A DNA stretch of 32,000 nt from Ferroglobus placidus DSM 10642 (GTDB lineage: Archaea > Halobacteriota > Archaeoglobi > Archaeoglobales > Archaeoglobaceae), in assembly GCF_000025505.1 (NCBI RefSeq), contig NC_013849.1, positions 720,001 through 752,000 of the forward strand, written 5' to 3'. Both the position numbers and the translations under genes were made by a program. Below are positions 1-8,474 of the stretch, one piece after another (position 1 is the first letter of the stretch; every line of letters begins with the position of its first letter). Under the pieces are notes generated by a model. The model was not told where the DNA came from. It did not search any database and saw only the letters and a list, made by a program, of their open reading frames with translations.

Positions 1-458
1 CCGTTGGGAAAAACGGTATCTCCGCTGAAGAGAATTTTTTCGTCCTCCTCATACAAGCAAATGCTTCCCGGCGTATGACCGGGAGTGTGAAGAACTCTCA
101 GAGATAATTCTCCAAGATCTATGTAATCCCCCTCATCGACCTCAACATCTGGGGAGAAGGGAGGATACTTTATGTTAAAAAAAACGGTCGAAAATCCCGT
201 GGACTTAACGAACTCGTACTCGTCGGGATGAATCACTACTTTAGCTCCGCATATCCTCTTCAAATCGGCTGTTGCCGCAGCGTGGTCAAAGTGGGAGTGG
301 GTAAGGATGATGTAATCGATTTCCTTAGGATTCACGAACTTTTTAAGTCTCTCAACGAGAAAAACCGCATCTCCCCCAGTGTCGACTACGGCTTTCTTCT
401 CATCATCTATGAAGTATACGTTTGCCGCAAGCGGAGGAGCGACGATTCTGTGTATCAT
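1..458 (-). CDS. MBL-fold metallohydrolase (glyoxalase II-like), partial; the 3' end of the gene lies off the window
   Basis: Manual minus-strand translation from ATG at 458: [41 protein letters not shown]...[18 protein letters not shown]...[30 protein letters not shown]. It contains the HxHxDH motif. The start overlaps the stop of the upstream EF-1 beta gene (ATGA). Confidence 0.9.
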   Translation of the reverse strand, partial: [152 protein letters not shown]

Positions 459-721
459 ATAAGCTCCTGGCTTTCTATCTCCACGCTTTCGACTCCCTCG
501 ATGCTTTTAATGTTCTCCACGAGCTTATCTCCGATTCCTTCTTCGTCCGGCATCACAGCCAAGACGAGCAAAGCTTTAAGACCAAAAGCTATCGGTTGAA
601 TGGCGAAGTCCTTTATCTCAACGTTTTCTGGAGCGACTTTCTTCACTTCCTCCTTTACTTTCTCAAGATCCACTTCCACGTCGCTCGGCATTACCCTCAG
701 CTTCATGTAAACTTTCCCCAT
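455..721 (-). CDS. ef1b: Elongation factor 1-beta (archaeal aEF-1B)
   Basis: 88 aa, MGKVYMKLRVMPSDVEVDLEKVKEEVKK...IQPIAFGLKALLVLAVMPDEEGIGDKLVENIKSIEGVESVEI, characteristic of the family. Confidence 0.93.
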   Translation of the reverse strand: MGKVYMKLRVMPSDVEVDLEKVKEEVKKVAPENVEIKDFAIQPIAFGLKALLVLAVMPDEEGIGDKLVENIKSIEGVESVEIESQELI

Positions 722-730
722 TTCACCACC

Positions 731-889
731 TCACGGTCCTTCGAAGCCACAGCTACACACGTAATGATTTCCAAGCTGCCTGCACTTCTTACAGCGGTAA
801 ATTATCTCCCCGCAGTTAGGACACGGAAAGGCTATGTAGTTCGGACCAAACAGAGTAGCGTTGCAGGTGATACAGTGCTTTATTTCCAT
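731..889 (-). CDS. Small zinc-ribbon protein (52 aa), the type commonly adjacent to archaeal EF-1 beta; absent from the supplied ORF track
   Basis: Manual translation MEIKHCITCNATLFGPNYIAFPCPNCGEIIYRCKKCRQLGNHYVCSCGFEGP*. Four Cys pairs (CITC, CPNC, CKKC, CSC) and tight packing between neighbours. Confidence 0.88.
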   Translation of the reverse strand: MEIKHCITCNATLFGPNYIAFPCPNCGEIIYRCKKCRQLGNHYVCSCGFEGP

Positions 890-890
890 C

Positions 891-1481
891 TCACCACCTC
901 CCTATCAGTGTTCCAACAGCACTTCCTCTCAATATATAATTTTTTACCCTTCCTCTGACGAAGCCGTTGCAGACGAAAATTTCAACTCCAAACTTCTCAG
1001 CAAGCTTTACCGCCAGAGAATCTATGCAGCTTTTTTCCGGAACTTCGTCGTAGTTGAGTTTTTCGGCGAGCTTTCCGTTTACAAAAATTCCGTCAACATC
1101 CGTTACCTTCACAACTTTCCTAATCCCAAGTTTTCCGGCAACCCAAACAGCTACGCTGTCTGAAGTTGCTTCCCAAGAATGGGGGAGTTCGTCGTACTTC
1201 CTCACGAGGGAATAGGGAAGAAGAACCTTCATTCCTTCCAGCTTGAAGTTGAAATCGTCAGCTTCGAGTGTTTCTGCGAAGCTTGATAGGTAGAGTCCGT
1301 AGACGTCCATAGCCTTTAAAGCCATCCAGTGTGCCGTGTCGTCATCCAGATCCATAAGTCTGACTATGTCCGCGAAAACCCAGCCTCCGGGAATTATCAA
1401 ACAGTCTTTTCCCGTCGATTTTATTTCCTCAATAACTTCCTTAGCCCTTTTAAAAACGCTTCCTCCGACTTTAACTATCAT
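891..1481 (-). CDS. mfnE: Amino-acid-kinase-family protein, probable [5-(aminomethyl)furan-3-yl]methyl phosphate kinase (MfnE-like)
   Basis: MIVKVGGSVF...LIIPGGWVFADIVR...DDTAHWMALKAMDVYGLYL...TDVDGIFVNG. Located next to an MfnF-like gene. Confidence 0.8.
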   Translation of the reverse strand: MIVKVGGSVFKRAKEVIEEIKSTGKDCLIIPGGWVFADIVRLMDLDDDTAHWMALKAMDVYGLYLSSFAETLEADDFNFKLEGMKVLLPYSLVRKYDELPHSWEATSDSVAVWVAGKLGIRKVVKVTDVDGIFVNGKLAEKLNYDEVPEKSCIDSLAVKLAEKFGVEIFVCNGFVRGRVKNYILRGSAVGTLIGRW

Positions 1482-2403
1482 CTTTTAACAGCTCCGCCAC
1501 TGCAAAAGCCGGAAATATCTTAGAAATTTCTCTGCCGAACTCTTTCGAAAGAGATACGTATTCCGCTCCTACTCTTTTCGCAGCTTCCTCTATCAAAACT
1601 TCCCCCATTCCGCAACCGATTACTCTCTCTATACCGTAGCTTTCCATTTTCTCCCAAACCGCCTTCTCAATTTTAGCCAGCATAACCTCGTAAACTTCCC
1701 TCGAAATTCTCTTAACCTCCTCTTCACCGATCTCATCGAGGTCTGCGCAAAACTGCCTCGAAATTCTCTGCATGCACTCCTCGACGCTTCTCCCTCTTCC
1801 GTCAGGAGTTTCGCAGCTGTAGTCCTCCTCATCTATAATTCCGAGAACTCGCATAGCGTCGGCGGAAATAGAAAAAAGCTCAGAAGAGATCTCTTTAAAG
1901 GAGAGAAGGTAGCAAAGCGGTGTTCGGAGCATTCCAAAATACAGCAGCTCTCCTCTCTTCAACCTCTCGTAATCCGTTTTTGCCGCAAGAATTTTTTCCT
2001 TAAAAGGAATTACGTCGCAAGTAGTCGAGCCGAGATCGACGAAAATGAAGCTCTCGTAAATTCTCGAAAGGTATTTTACCGAAGCTACCCAGTTCGCAGC
2101 CGAGAAGTTGAGAGGATTATCAACTCTCTCTTTCAATTCGCCGTTGAGATCGAGGAAGTAAACGTCTCCGGAAACGTTCTCAGTAATCGATTTTTCTATA
2201 AACCTCACCCCCTCCTCTTTGCTTTTGAACGCGTCAGACAGCTCTGCGGTGATGACAACTCCTATTTTCTCCCCATCAATTTCGAGACTCCTTATGAATT
2301 CCGGAAAGTCGTCCCTCCTCTTCCAGAAAGGGAAGTAATAACTTTCAGCTCTTCCCCTCCAGATCTTTAAATTCGCTCCTCCAACGTCAATCCCAATAAT
2401 CAT
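1471..2403 (-). CDS. mfnF: ASKHA/hydantoinase-like protein of the H4MPT/methanofuran pathway (MfnF-like)
   Basis: MIIGIDVGGANLKIW...TAELSDAFKSKEEGVRFI...FVDLGSTTCDVIP; adjacent to and overlapping mfnE. Confidence 0.78.
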   Translation of the reverse strand: MIIGIDVGGANLKIWRGRAESYYFPFWKRRDDFPEFIRSLEIDGEKIGVVITAELSDAFKSKEEGVRFIEKSITENVSGDVYFLDLNGELKERVDNPLNFSAANWVASVKYLSRIYESFIFVDLGSTTCDVIPFKEKILAAKTDYERLKRGELLYFGMLRTPLCYLLSFKEISSELFSISADAMRVLGIIDEEDYSCETPDGRGRSVEECMQRISRQFCADLDEIGEEEVKRISREVYEVMLAKIEKAVWEKMESYGIERVIGCGMGEVLIEEAAKRVGAEYVSLSKEFGREISKIFPAFAVAELLKDDS

Positions 2404-3145
2404 CGAGGGTCACCTGCTCCTCGAAACTGAAGGTTTGAAAGTCGTAGCCGAGAGGATAGTCAGATTTCGGCGGATAAAAATGACCGACGTGCGTAAAAAC
2501 GACTTTCTTCGCCTTTATTTTTTTCGCAAGAGACAAGGCTTCCGAAGCGTTCATATGCTTCTTCAGCTTGTATCCTGCTGGAGCTATCGCGTCAACGATA
2601 AAAAGATCCGGGTTCATCATCTCCTTAATCGATCTCTGAGGAATGTTCGAATTCGTGTCTCCACTCACGACAACTTTAATTCCGCCCTTTCTTATCACAA
2701 CACCGTGAGCTCTTCTTAAGGGGGGATGATTTACGTCGAAAAGCGTAAACTCCAAACCGAAGATTTTGAAAGGCTCGTAGGCTTCAACCTCGAAGGGGCG
2801 GTATTTCATGAAAAACATAAATCTGCCGATGTCCTCGTGAACCTCTGGAGATGTGTAAACGTTCACGTTGCTTTGAACTCTGTAAAAATCTCCAAAACCG
2901 GCGAAGTGATCGTAGTGGCAGTGGGTCCATATGACGGCATCAACCTTATCTACGTTCATTCTCAAAAGCTGCGTGCGCATGTCTGGAGAAGTGTCGACGA
3001 GTATGTTCCTTCCCTCATTTTGGACTAAAACCGAAAACCTCTTCCTCTCCCAGCCGTTTTTTCTCGCATCTTCGCAAGTTTGGCAGTGGCAGCCTATTAC
3101 CGGCGTTCCGGGAGAGTCGCCGGTGCCAAGAAGGACGACCCTCAT
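2387..3145 (-). CDS. MBL-fold hydrolase, PhnP-like
   Basis: MRVVLLGTGDSPGTPVIGCHCQTC...DTSPDMRTQLLR...IWTHCHYDHFAGFGD...VVVSGDTN...FTHVGHF. Confidence 0.88.
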   Translation of the reverse strand: MRVVLLGTGDSPGTPVIGCHCQTCEDARKNGWERKRFSVLVQNEGRNILVDTSPDMRTQLLRMNVDKVDAVIWTHCHYDHFAGFGDFYRVQSNVNVYTSPEVHEDIGRFMFFMKYRPFEVEAYEPFKIFGLEFTLFDVNHPPLRRAHGVVIRKGGIKVVVSGDTNSNIPQRSIKEMMNPDLFIVDAIAPAGYKLKKHMNASEALSLAKKIKAKKVVFTHVGHFYPPKSDYPLGYDFQTFSFEEQVTLDDYWD

Positions 3146-3147
3146 TT

Positions 3148-4383
3148 TCAGTAGGATTTTTTAAGTTTAATCCTGCTCTTCATCTCCTCTATCGCCTTCA
3201 TTAGGTCGTCCATCGTAGGAACTCTTCTTCCTTCAATCAGTGCTGTGAGAACAGCTTCCCTCACAATGAGCTTTATTTCCGCTCCGGTAAACCCTTCGGT
3301 CTCTTCAACAAGTCTATCGATATCGTAGCTGTTGTCGAGCTTTGACAGCATCATTTCAAATATCCTTCTCCTCACTCTCTCCGAAGGTTCCGGAAATTCA
3401 ACGATTTTGTCGAACCTCCTCCACACAGCTGCATCGAGCAAGCTCGGATGATTTGTTGCAGCTATCAATAAAACTCCGTGCTCGACAAGGTTTATCTCGT
3501 CTATCGATTTGAGGAGCGTGTTAACAGCCCTCTTTACAGCCGCGTGCTCGTCGCTCGTTCTAGTTTTTGCAACGTAATCGAACTCGTCTATGAACAGAAT
3601 GCAGGGGCTCAGTTTCTTAGCTATCTCAAAAACCTTCTCAATGTTCTTCGAAGTCTCTCCCAGATACTGGCTTGTTATCATCGAAAGCCTTACCTCCACT
3701 AAAGGCAGCATCAGCTTTTTGCTCAAAGCTCTTGCAGTGGTCGTTTTTCCCGTCCCAGGCGGTCCGACGAAAAGGAGTTTGCCTATGTCGGTTAAGCCAA
3801 TTCTTCTGAGGTATTCCCTCTCCTTTATGGCAATCTCTATTTTCCTAACTTCCAGCAGCTGCTCATCTTCAAGGGCAACATCGCTGAAGTCTACGTTTAT
3901 CTCTTCGGGAGAAAATACTCTCACGAGAGAGAGCATTTCAGCGTAACTTTCATCTTTGGAAAGCTCTTCGATCTTTAGCTTAACCCATTCTCTATCAGAA
4001 TAAACCGGCTCAACTTCCCTCTTCACATCCTCATATGAAACTCCAACTGAATCGAAGTTCTGGAAATAGTAAGCTAAGACGGGATTCTTCTTAATTAGGT
4101 CAATTCCGTTCTTTACGAACCACTTCGCAGCAAGGTCGAGGGAGGTAATTTTGAACTGCTTGTTGAAGTTGTTGAAGTCTACGAAAGGAAGCTTCTTTAC
4201 CTCCTCAGCGTTACCGAACTTCTTCAGCATGTCGTACTTAACTACGAGAGGTCTCCTTATTCCTCCATTCTGATAAAAGAGTTTTCTAAGCTCTTTAGGA
4301 ATGTCGTCCTCTTTCAACTCTTCGAAGCGATTGTAAATCTCAGCCGTCAGCAGAACCTCGATCAGCTTGATCATGTGAACCAC
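3148..4383 (-). CDS. AAA family ATPase
   Basis: Walker A GPPGTGKTTTARAL, Walker B CILFIDEFD, ATNHPSLLDAAVWRRFD; C-terminal AAA lid. Confidence 0.92.
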   Translation of the reverse strand: MVHMIKLIEVLLTAEIYNRFEELKEDDIPKELRKLFYQNGGIRRPLVVKYDMLKKFGNAEEVKKLPFVDFNNFNKQFKITSLDLAAKWFVKNGIDLIKKNPVLAYYFQNFDSVGVSYEDVKREVEPVYSDREWVKLKIEELSKDESYAEMLSLVRVFSPEEINVDFSDVALEDEQLLEVRKIEIAIKEREYLRRIGLTDIGKLLFVGPPGTGKTTTARALSKKLMLPLVEVRLSMITSQYLGETSKNIEKVFEIAKKLSPCILFIDEFDYVAKTRTSDEHAAVKRAVNTLLKSIDEINLVEHGVLLIAATNHPSLLDAAVWRRFDKIVEFPEPSERVRRRIFEMMLSKLDNSYDIDRLVEETEGFTGAEIKLIVREAVLTALIEGRRVPTMDDLMKAIEEMKSRIKLKKSY

Positions 4384-4427
4384 CTTAACCCAAGTGCTTT
4401 ATCAGAGCGATTTTAAAATCTTTCCCT

Positions 4428-5195
4428 CTAAAGCTCCTTTATATCGAACTTCAAATCTTCATCGATGAGCGTCCTAAGCAAATCATCGAGCATGTTTTCT
4501 ACGCAGAGAACGATCACTCCGCTACCCATGTGGGCAGCTTCAACACACACAGCCTTACCTCCGAAGAATATCGGCTCAACTCCAGCCTTTCTCGAAGCTA
4601 CAAGCGCTTCAACTCCTACACTCACGACTATGCTCTTAGGTCTGCTCCATATGAGCTCCCGAAGCTTCTCTATGTTTACCTTTCTGCTTCCTCCTTCCAC
4701 TACGTCCGGAACTTTCACGACTATGATCTCTCCCTTTTCCTTGGGAAGCTCAAAGCCAGCGGTGGGTTTTACAAGCACATCCTCCCCGTCTTCAGCGGAT
4801 ATTAAAGCTACGCCGTTCCCCTTCTCATCCCTCTTTGCGTAAATGTAACCATCTTCGATCCAGAACCTTACGTTGTCTCCTTCCTCGATTTTTCCCACGG
4901 CAATAGCCACAACCTGATCGGAGTAAATCTTTTTAATGAGGTCCTCAGCGAAAGAGTGCAAGTCGAAGAGGTTTTCTCTCAACCACTCCTTCCCCCTCTC
5001 CGTCACCTCGTAGTAACCTCTATGCACAGCCTTGACCAACCCTTCGCTTATCAGCTCTTTGAAATGTTCTGAAACAGCCTGAGGAGTTATTCCAAGCTTC
5101 TTCGCTATATCCCTCTGACTGCTGTCCTTCCTCTTCATCAACTCCGAAAGAATTAGGAACTTCACGGTGTCTTTTCTACTCAGAAGCACTTTCAT
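4428..5195 (-). CDS. Winged-HTH transcriptional regulator with a conserved C-terminal domain; start trimmed to internal ATG at 5195
   Basis: MKVLLSRKDTVKFLILSELMKRKDSSQRDIAKKLGITPQAVSEHFKELISEGLVKAVHRGYYEVTERGKEWL is a clear HTH. The ORF-track extension upstream looks non-coding. Confidence 0.85.
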   Translation of the reverse strand: MKVLLSRKDTVKFLILSELMKRKDSSQRDIAKKLGITPQAVSEHFKELISEGLVKAVHRGYYEVTERGKEWLRENLFDLHSFAEDLIKKIYSDQVVAIAVGKIEEGDNVRFWIEDGYIYAKRDEKGNGVALISAEDGEDVLVKPTAGFELPKEKGEIIVVKVPDVVEGGSRKVNIEKLRELIWSRPKSIVVSVGVEALVASRKAGVEPIFFGGKAVCVEAAHMGSGVIVLCVENMLDDLLRTLIDEDLKFDIKEL

Positions 5196-5235
5196 TCCAA
5201 TTCCACTTGAGAGAAGAAAATAAAAAGATTTGCAT

Positions 5236-5249
5236 TTGTATGCATACAA
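5236..5249. promoter_or_regulatory. Perfect palindrome TTGTATGCATACAA between divergent genes
   Basis: Direct reading; located in the 5196-5311 intergenic region between the wHTH gene (minus) and the UPF0058 gene (plus). Confidence 0.5.
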
Positions 5250-5311
5250 GTGACTCACTATCAAAACCCCAACAACTTTTTTAAAAGGATAATCGAAAAT
5301 AATGACGGTGA

Positions 5312-5587
5312 GTGCGAATGCACAAGGAAGAGCTTGTTATGTTGCATTTAACGCTGTTTCACATTAAAAGGTTTTTCGAAGAGGCGGGCATAGCAAACGG
5401 CTACTTTAAGGAATATGAAAAACTCGGCGTACAGCCAGTACACATCCACAAAAGCAAATCGGACCACCAAAAAGCTATTTTTACCCTTTGTAAAGCTATT
5501 ACCGAAATTTTCAAAGAAAGAAGGATTGAAAGCATTCTCGACGATCCAAAGGTTAGAGAAGCACTTTCAAAGTTTGAGCTGCATTAA
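5312..5587 (+). CDS. UPF0058-like small protein
   Basis: MHKEELVMLHLTLFHIKRFFEEAG...YEKLGVQPVHIHKSKSDHQKAIFTLCKAI. Confidence 0.8.
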   Translation: MRMHKEELVMLHLTLFHIKRFFEEAGIANGYFKEYEKLGVQPVHIHKSKSDHQKAIFTLCKAITEIFKERRIESILDDPKVREALSKFELH

Positions 5588-5998
5588 ATAAGCATCTTCA
5601 CCATCGCTGTAGTATTTTTCAAGTTTTCCAACGATTTCAAACCCATATTTTTTATACAACTCCTGAGCTTTCAAATTTGAAATTCTAACTTCGAGAGTTA
5701 TCGTTTTCTTCTTCCTCTTTCTGCATCTCCTTATAGCCTCCTCAAGCAAAGCTTTACCTATTCCCTTCCCTCTGTAATCGGATTTAACGGCTATGGACAT
5801 TATTTTCGCTCCTTCGCCCAAGTCCATGAGGACTACGTATCCTATAACTCTGCCGTTCTTCTCAGCAACGATTATGTCGCTTCCGTAAGCGAGATATATG
5901 AATAGATCGTAGGAGGGATTGAGGGAGTTGAAAGCTTCTCTATCTATTTCGATTATGTCGCTCGAATCAGACGCCCTAAAGTCTCTTATTTTGAACAT
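5567..5998 (-). CDS. rimI: GNAT N-acetyltransferase, RimI-like (N-terminal/ribosomal-protein alanine acetyltransferase)
   Basis: MFKIRDFRASDSSDIIEIDREAF...IMSIAVKSDYRGKGIGKALLEEAI...LEVRISNLKAQELYKKYGFEIVG. Confidence 0.88.
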   Translation of the reverse strand: MFKIRDFRASDSSDIIEIDREAFNSLNPSYDLFIYLAYGSDIIVAEKNGRVIGYVVLMDLGEGAKIMSIAVKSDYRGKGIGKALLEEAIRRCRKRKKKTITLEVRISNLKAQELYKKYGFEIVGKLEKYYSDGEDAYLMQLKL

Positions 5999-6013
5999 CG
6001 AAAAAATACAAAT

Positions 6014-6388
6014 GTGACGAAATTTAAAGCTCTTGGCGAATACATAGCCAACAACTACAGCGGAAAGATCGTCGAGGTTGGAGTGGGTAGCTATTACGAA
6101 GTGGCTGAATACTTAAAGCGGAGAGGTTTTGAAGTCGTAACAATCGACATTTCTCCGAGAAGGGAAGAGACGATAAAGGATGACGTTTTAAATCCGAGAG
6201 TGGAGATTTACGAGGGAGCAAGTTTAATCTACGCCATCCGTCCCCCTTATGAGATTCAGGAAAGCATAATAAAGCTCGCGGAAAAAATTGGGTGCGATGC
6301 GATAATAGTTCCCCTTAAAAGCGAAGTAGTTGAAGGGGGAAAGCTCACAACTTACAGAGGTGTTTCGTTCTATGTCTTCCGTCGTTAG
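6014..6388 (+). CDS. UPF0146 family protein (Rossmann/methyltransferase-like)
   Basis: LGEYIANNYSGKIVEVGVGSYYEVAEYLKRRGFEVVTIDISPR. Confidence 0.8.
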   Translation: MTKFKALGEYIANNYSGKIVEVGVGSYYEVAEYLKRRGFEVVTIDISPRREETIKDDVLNPRVEIYEGASLIYAIRPPYEIQESIIKLAEKIGCDAIIVPLKSEVVEGGKLTTYRGVSFYVFRR

Positions 6389-6887
6389 GTTTCTGTTCGA
6401 GCTTGCGAGCTTGAAAAACGTTCCGAGAAGCGGATGGTTAAAACTCGGAATAGTTGAGCCGGAAAGCGTGGCGGAGCATTCCTTCCTTACTGCTGCGATA
6501 GCATTCATTCTCGCCTACATGGAGACGAAGAGTTTGGATGAAGCTTCAAAAGCTTGCGTCGCAGCTTTATTCCACGATGCCCACGAAACGAGAACCCTCG
6601 ATTTGCACAAGCTCGCGAGGAAATACGTAAAGGTTGACGAGGAAAAGGCGAGAAAAGACATGTTCAACTTCGAAAGTGGGGAGGAGGTAATTAAGCTCGT
6701 TAAAGAGTACGAGGATTTCGTGAAGGATGCCGACAAGCTTGAGCTTTTAATTCAAGCGAAAATATACTCGAAGAACTACGACAGCATGTTTTACGTTAGG
6801 GACTTAAAATTTAAAACGAAATCCGCAAAAATTCTCGCTGAGGAGATAAGAGAGGCAGATGAAAGGTGGTGGAGAGAAGTTGAATAA
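6375..6887 (+). CDS. HD-domain hydrolase (5'-deoxynucleotidase/YfbR-like); start trimmed to internal ATG
   Basis: MSSVVRFLFELASLKNVPRSGWLKLGI...ESVAEHSFLTAAIAF...VAALFHDAHETRTLDL; HD catalytic motif. Confidence 0.85.
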   Translation, partial: SSVVRFLFELASLKNVPRSGWLKLGIVEPESVAEHSFLTAAIAFILAYMETKSLDEASKACVAALFHDAHETRTLDLHKLARKYVKVDEEKARKDMFNFESGEEVIKLVKEYEDFVKDADKLELLIQAKIYSKNYDSMFYVRDLKFKTKSAKILAEEIREADERWWREVE

Positions 6888-7371
6888 GTTTATAGTTGAC
6901 AGAATGCTCGGAAAACTCGCAACCTGGCTGAGAATTTCCGGATACGACACACTATACGTTGGGGATTTTAATGTGGAAGACGAGGACAAGTTTCTGCTTG
7001 AAGAACATAGAGACAGAGTTCTACTTACGAGAGATAAACAGTTGTACGAAGCGAGCGTAAAAAGCGGGAGAAAAGCTATACTTATTACTTCAGACAGCGT
7101 TGAAGAGCAGCTTAAACAGATGAAAAAACTCGGCGTTGAGATAAAAATAGTCATGGACAGGTGCAGCGTTTGTAACAGTCTGCTGAGAAAACCGAGCGAC
7201 GAAGAGGCGTTGAGGGTAATGAAGAGGGAAGGTATCTCCGAAGATTTAAGAAAGAAGTACGAACTTTGGTATTGCGAGAAGTGCGACAAGCTTTACTGGA
7301 TGGGGAGCCACTGGAGAAACATGGTCAAGTTTCTTAAGAAGATCGAAGATGATAACTCTGTGTCTCGTTAA
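6859..7371 (+). CDS. Mut7-C RNase domain protein (PIN-like plus Zn ribbon); true start may be TTG at 6880
   Basis: MLGKLATWLRISGYDTLY...LLTRDKQLYEAS...DRCSVCNSLL...WYCEKCDKLYWMGSHWRNM. Confidence 0.85.
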   Translation: MKGGGEKLNKFIVDRMLGKLATWLRISGYDTLYVGDFNVEDEDKFLLEEHRDRVLLTRDKQLYEASVKSGRKAILITSDSVEEQLKQMKKLGVEIKIVMDRCSVCNSLLRKPSDEEALRVMKREGISEDLRKKYELWYCEKCDKLYWMGSHWRNMVKFLKKIEDDNSVSR

Positions 7372-7879
7372 CACTTACGACAAGCTCAAGCTGCACGAAG
7401 CGCACCTCAGAAGCATCGCAAGAATAGCACCCATCTGCTACGCTTTCGATTTTCACCTTGCTCTTTACGATTTTCCCTTCTGGAAAAGAGAGGAAGAAGT
7501 TGTAGATGCTGTTTGCGATTATACGACCATAGGCGAGGGAGGAAAATATTTAAGAGAACTCCACGAATCCGGGAAATTCCACCTAATAGAGAGTTTCGAG
7601 TCGAGGTTCGGAGAAATCGTGGCTACAACATCCAAACCGGACGAGAGTAAGAAGATATCGCTGGACGACATAGCGAGATTTAGGTCGGCGATATTTTTAT
7701 TTGGTCTCGGGAGGAAGGGTTTGCCGAAGGATGTGTTGAAAAAGGCAAAATACCACTTCGAGGCTACGGGGAAAAACGTTAGCCTCGAAACCTGCACAGC
7801 TATAGGAGTCGTTGCCACGCTGATATGGGTGGTTAGGCATGGAAGACATAAGAATGTGTCCGAAACACGGGTTTTATAG
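7349..7879 (+). CDS. DUF531-like conserved archaeal protein
   Basis: MITLCLVNTYDKLKLHEAHLRSIARIAPICYAFDFHLALYDFPF...TIGEGG...FLFGLGRKGLPKDVL; SPOUT-like pattern. Confidence 0.75.
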   Translation: MITLCLVNTYDKLKLHEAHLRSIARIAPICYAFDFHLALYDFPFWKREEEVVDAVCDYTTIGEGGKYLRELHESGKFHLIESFESRFGEIVATTSKPDESKKISLDDIARFRSAIFLFGLGRKGLPKDVLKKAKYHFEATGKNVSLETCTAIGVVATLIWVVRHGRHKNVSETRVL

Positions 7880-8474
7880 AGGAGAGAGCTGTAAGAAGTG
7901 CGGATACGTCGGCGAGGTAATTCTCGATAAGGAAAGAGTGGAAAAACTCGGGAGATTTATCTCAGGTCTTTTGAGGCACTATCCAGATAAATACCGCTTG
8001 GAAATGGACGAAAACGGATGGGTCGATTTTGGAAAGCTTGTAAGAGTGGTCAAAAGAAGGTTCAAATGGGCTAATCAGTGGTTGGTCAAAGCAATAGTTT
8101 ACAGCGATGAAAAAGGGAGATACGAGATTTCCAACGACAAAATAAGAGCCCGATACGGACACAGCGTTGATGTCAAGTTAAACGATCTTCCCGAAGCAGA
8201 GGAGGAAACTTTATACTACGGAACAAGCGAGGAAGAGGCGAGCAGAGTCATGGAAGTTGGAATTAAACCAGTGAATAGGAGGTATGTTCACCTTTCAACA
8301 ACTCTCGAAAAAGGAGAGGAAGTGGCAAGACTTAGGACAGATGAACCGATAGTTCTCGTTATAGATGCAAAGGAAGCTAAAAAAGACGGAATAAGGTTCA
8401 TAAAGGTTAACGAGAACATAGTTTTAGCGGAAGAAATTCCTCCGAAGTACATCAAAGACTTTATTCGCGTTTAA
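7854..8474 (+). CDS. kptA: RNA 2'-phosphotransferase (KptA/Tpt1-like) with N-terminal zinc finger; start is either 7839 or 7854
   Basis: MCPKHGFYRGESCKKCGYVGE...LGRFISGLLRHYPDKYRLEMDENGWVDF...IRARYGHSVDV...LYYGTSEEEASRVMEVGIKPVNRRYVHLST. Confidence 0.9.
   Translation: MCPKHGFYRGESCKKCGYVGEVILDKERVEKLGRFISGLLRHYPDKYRLEMDENGWVDFGKLVRVVKRRFKWANQWLVKAIVYSDEKGRYEISNDKIRARYGHSVDVKLNDLPEAEEETLYYGTSEEEASRVMEVGIKPVNRRYVHLSTTLEKGEEVARLRTDEPIVLVIDAKEAKKDGIRFIKVNENIVLAEEIPPKYIKDFIRV

Noticed and set aside
386-400. Minus-strand ATGATGA, a C-box-like sequence inside the MBL hydrolase gene
   Set aside because: No D box (CTGA) at an appropriate distance on the same strand and no terminal stem; it is coding sequence.
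422-958. 178-aa plus-strand ORF opposite the EF-1 beta and zinc-ribbon genes
   Set aside because: Antisense to well-supported genes; composition is low-quality with no domain signal.
4428-5264. Full 278-aa version of the wHTH regulator from the ORF track
   Set aside because: The first 23 residues cross the AT-rich promoter and the palindrome. The ATG at 5195 gives the natural start of the HTH domain.
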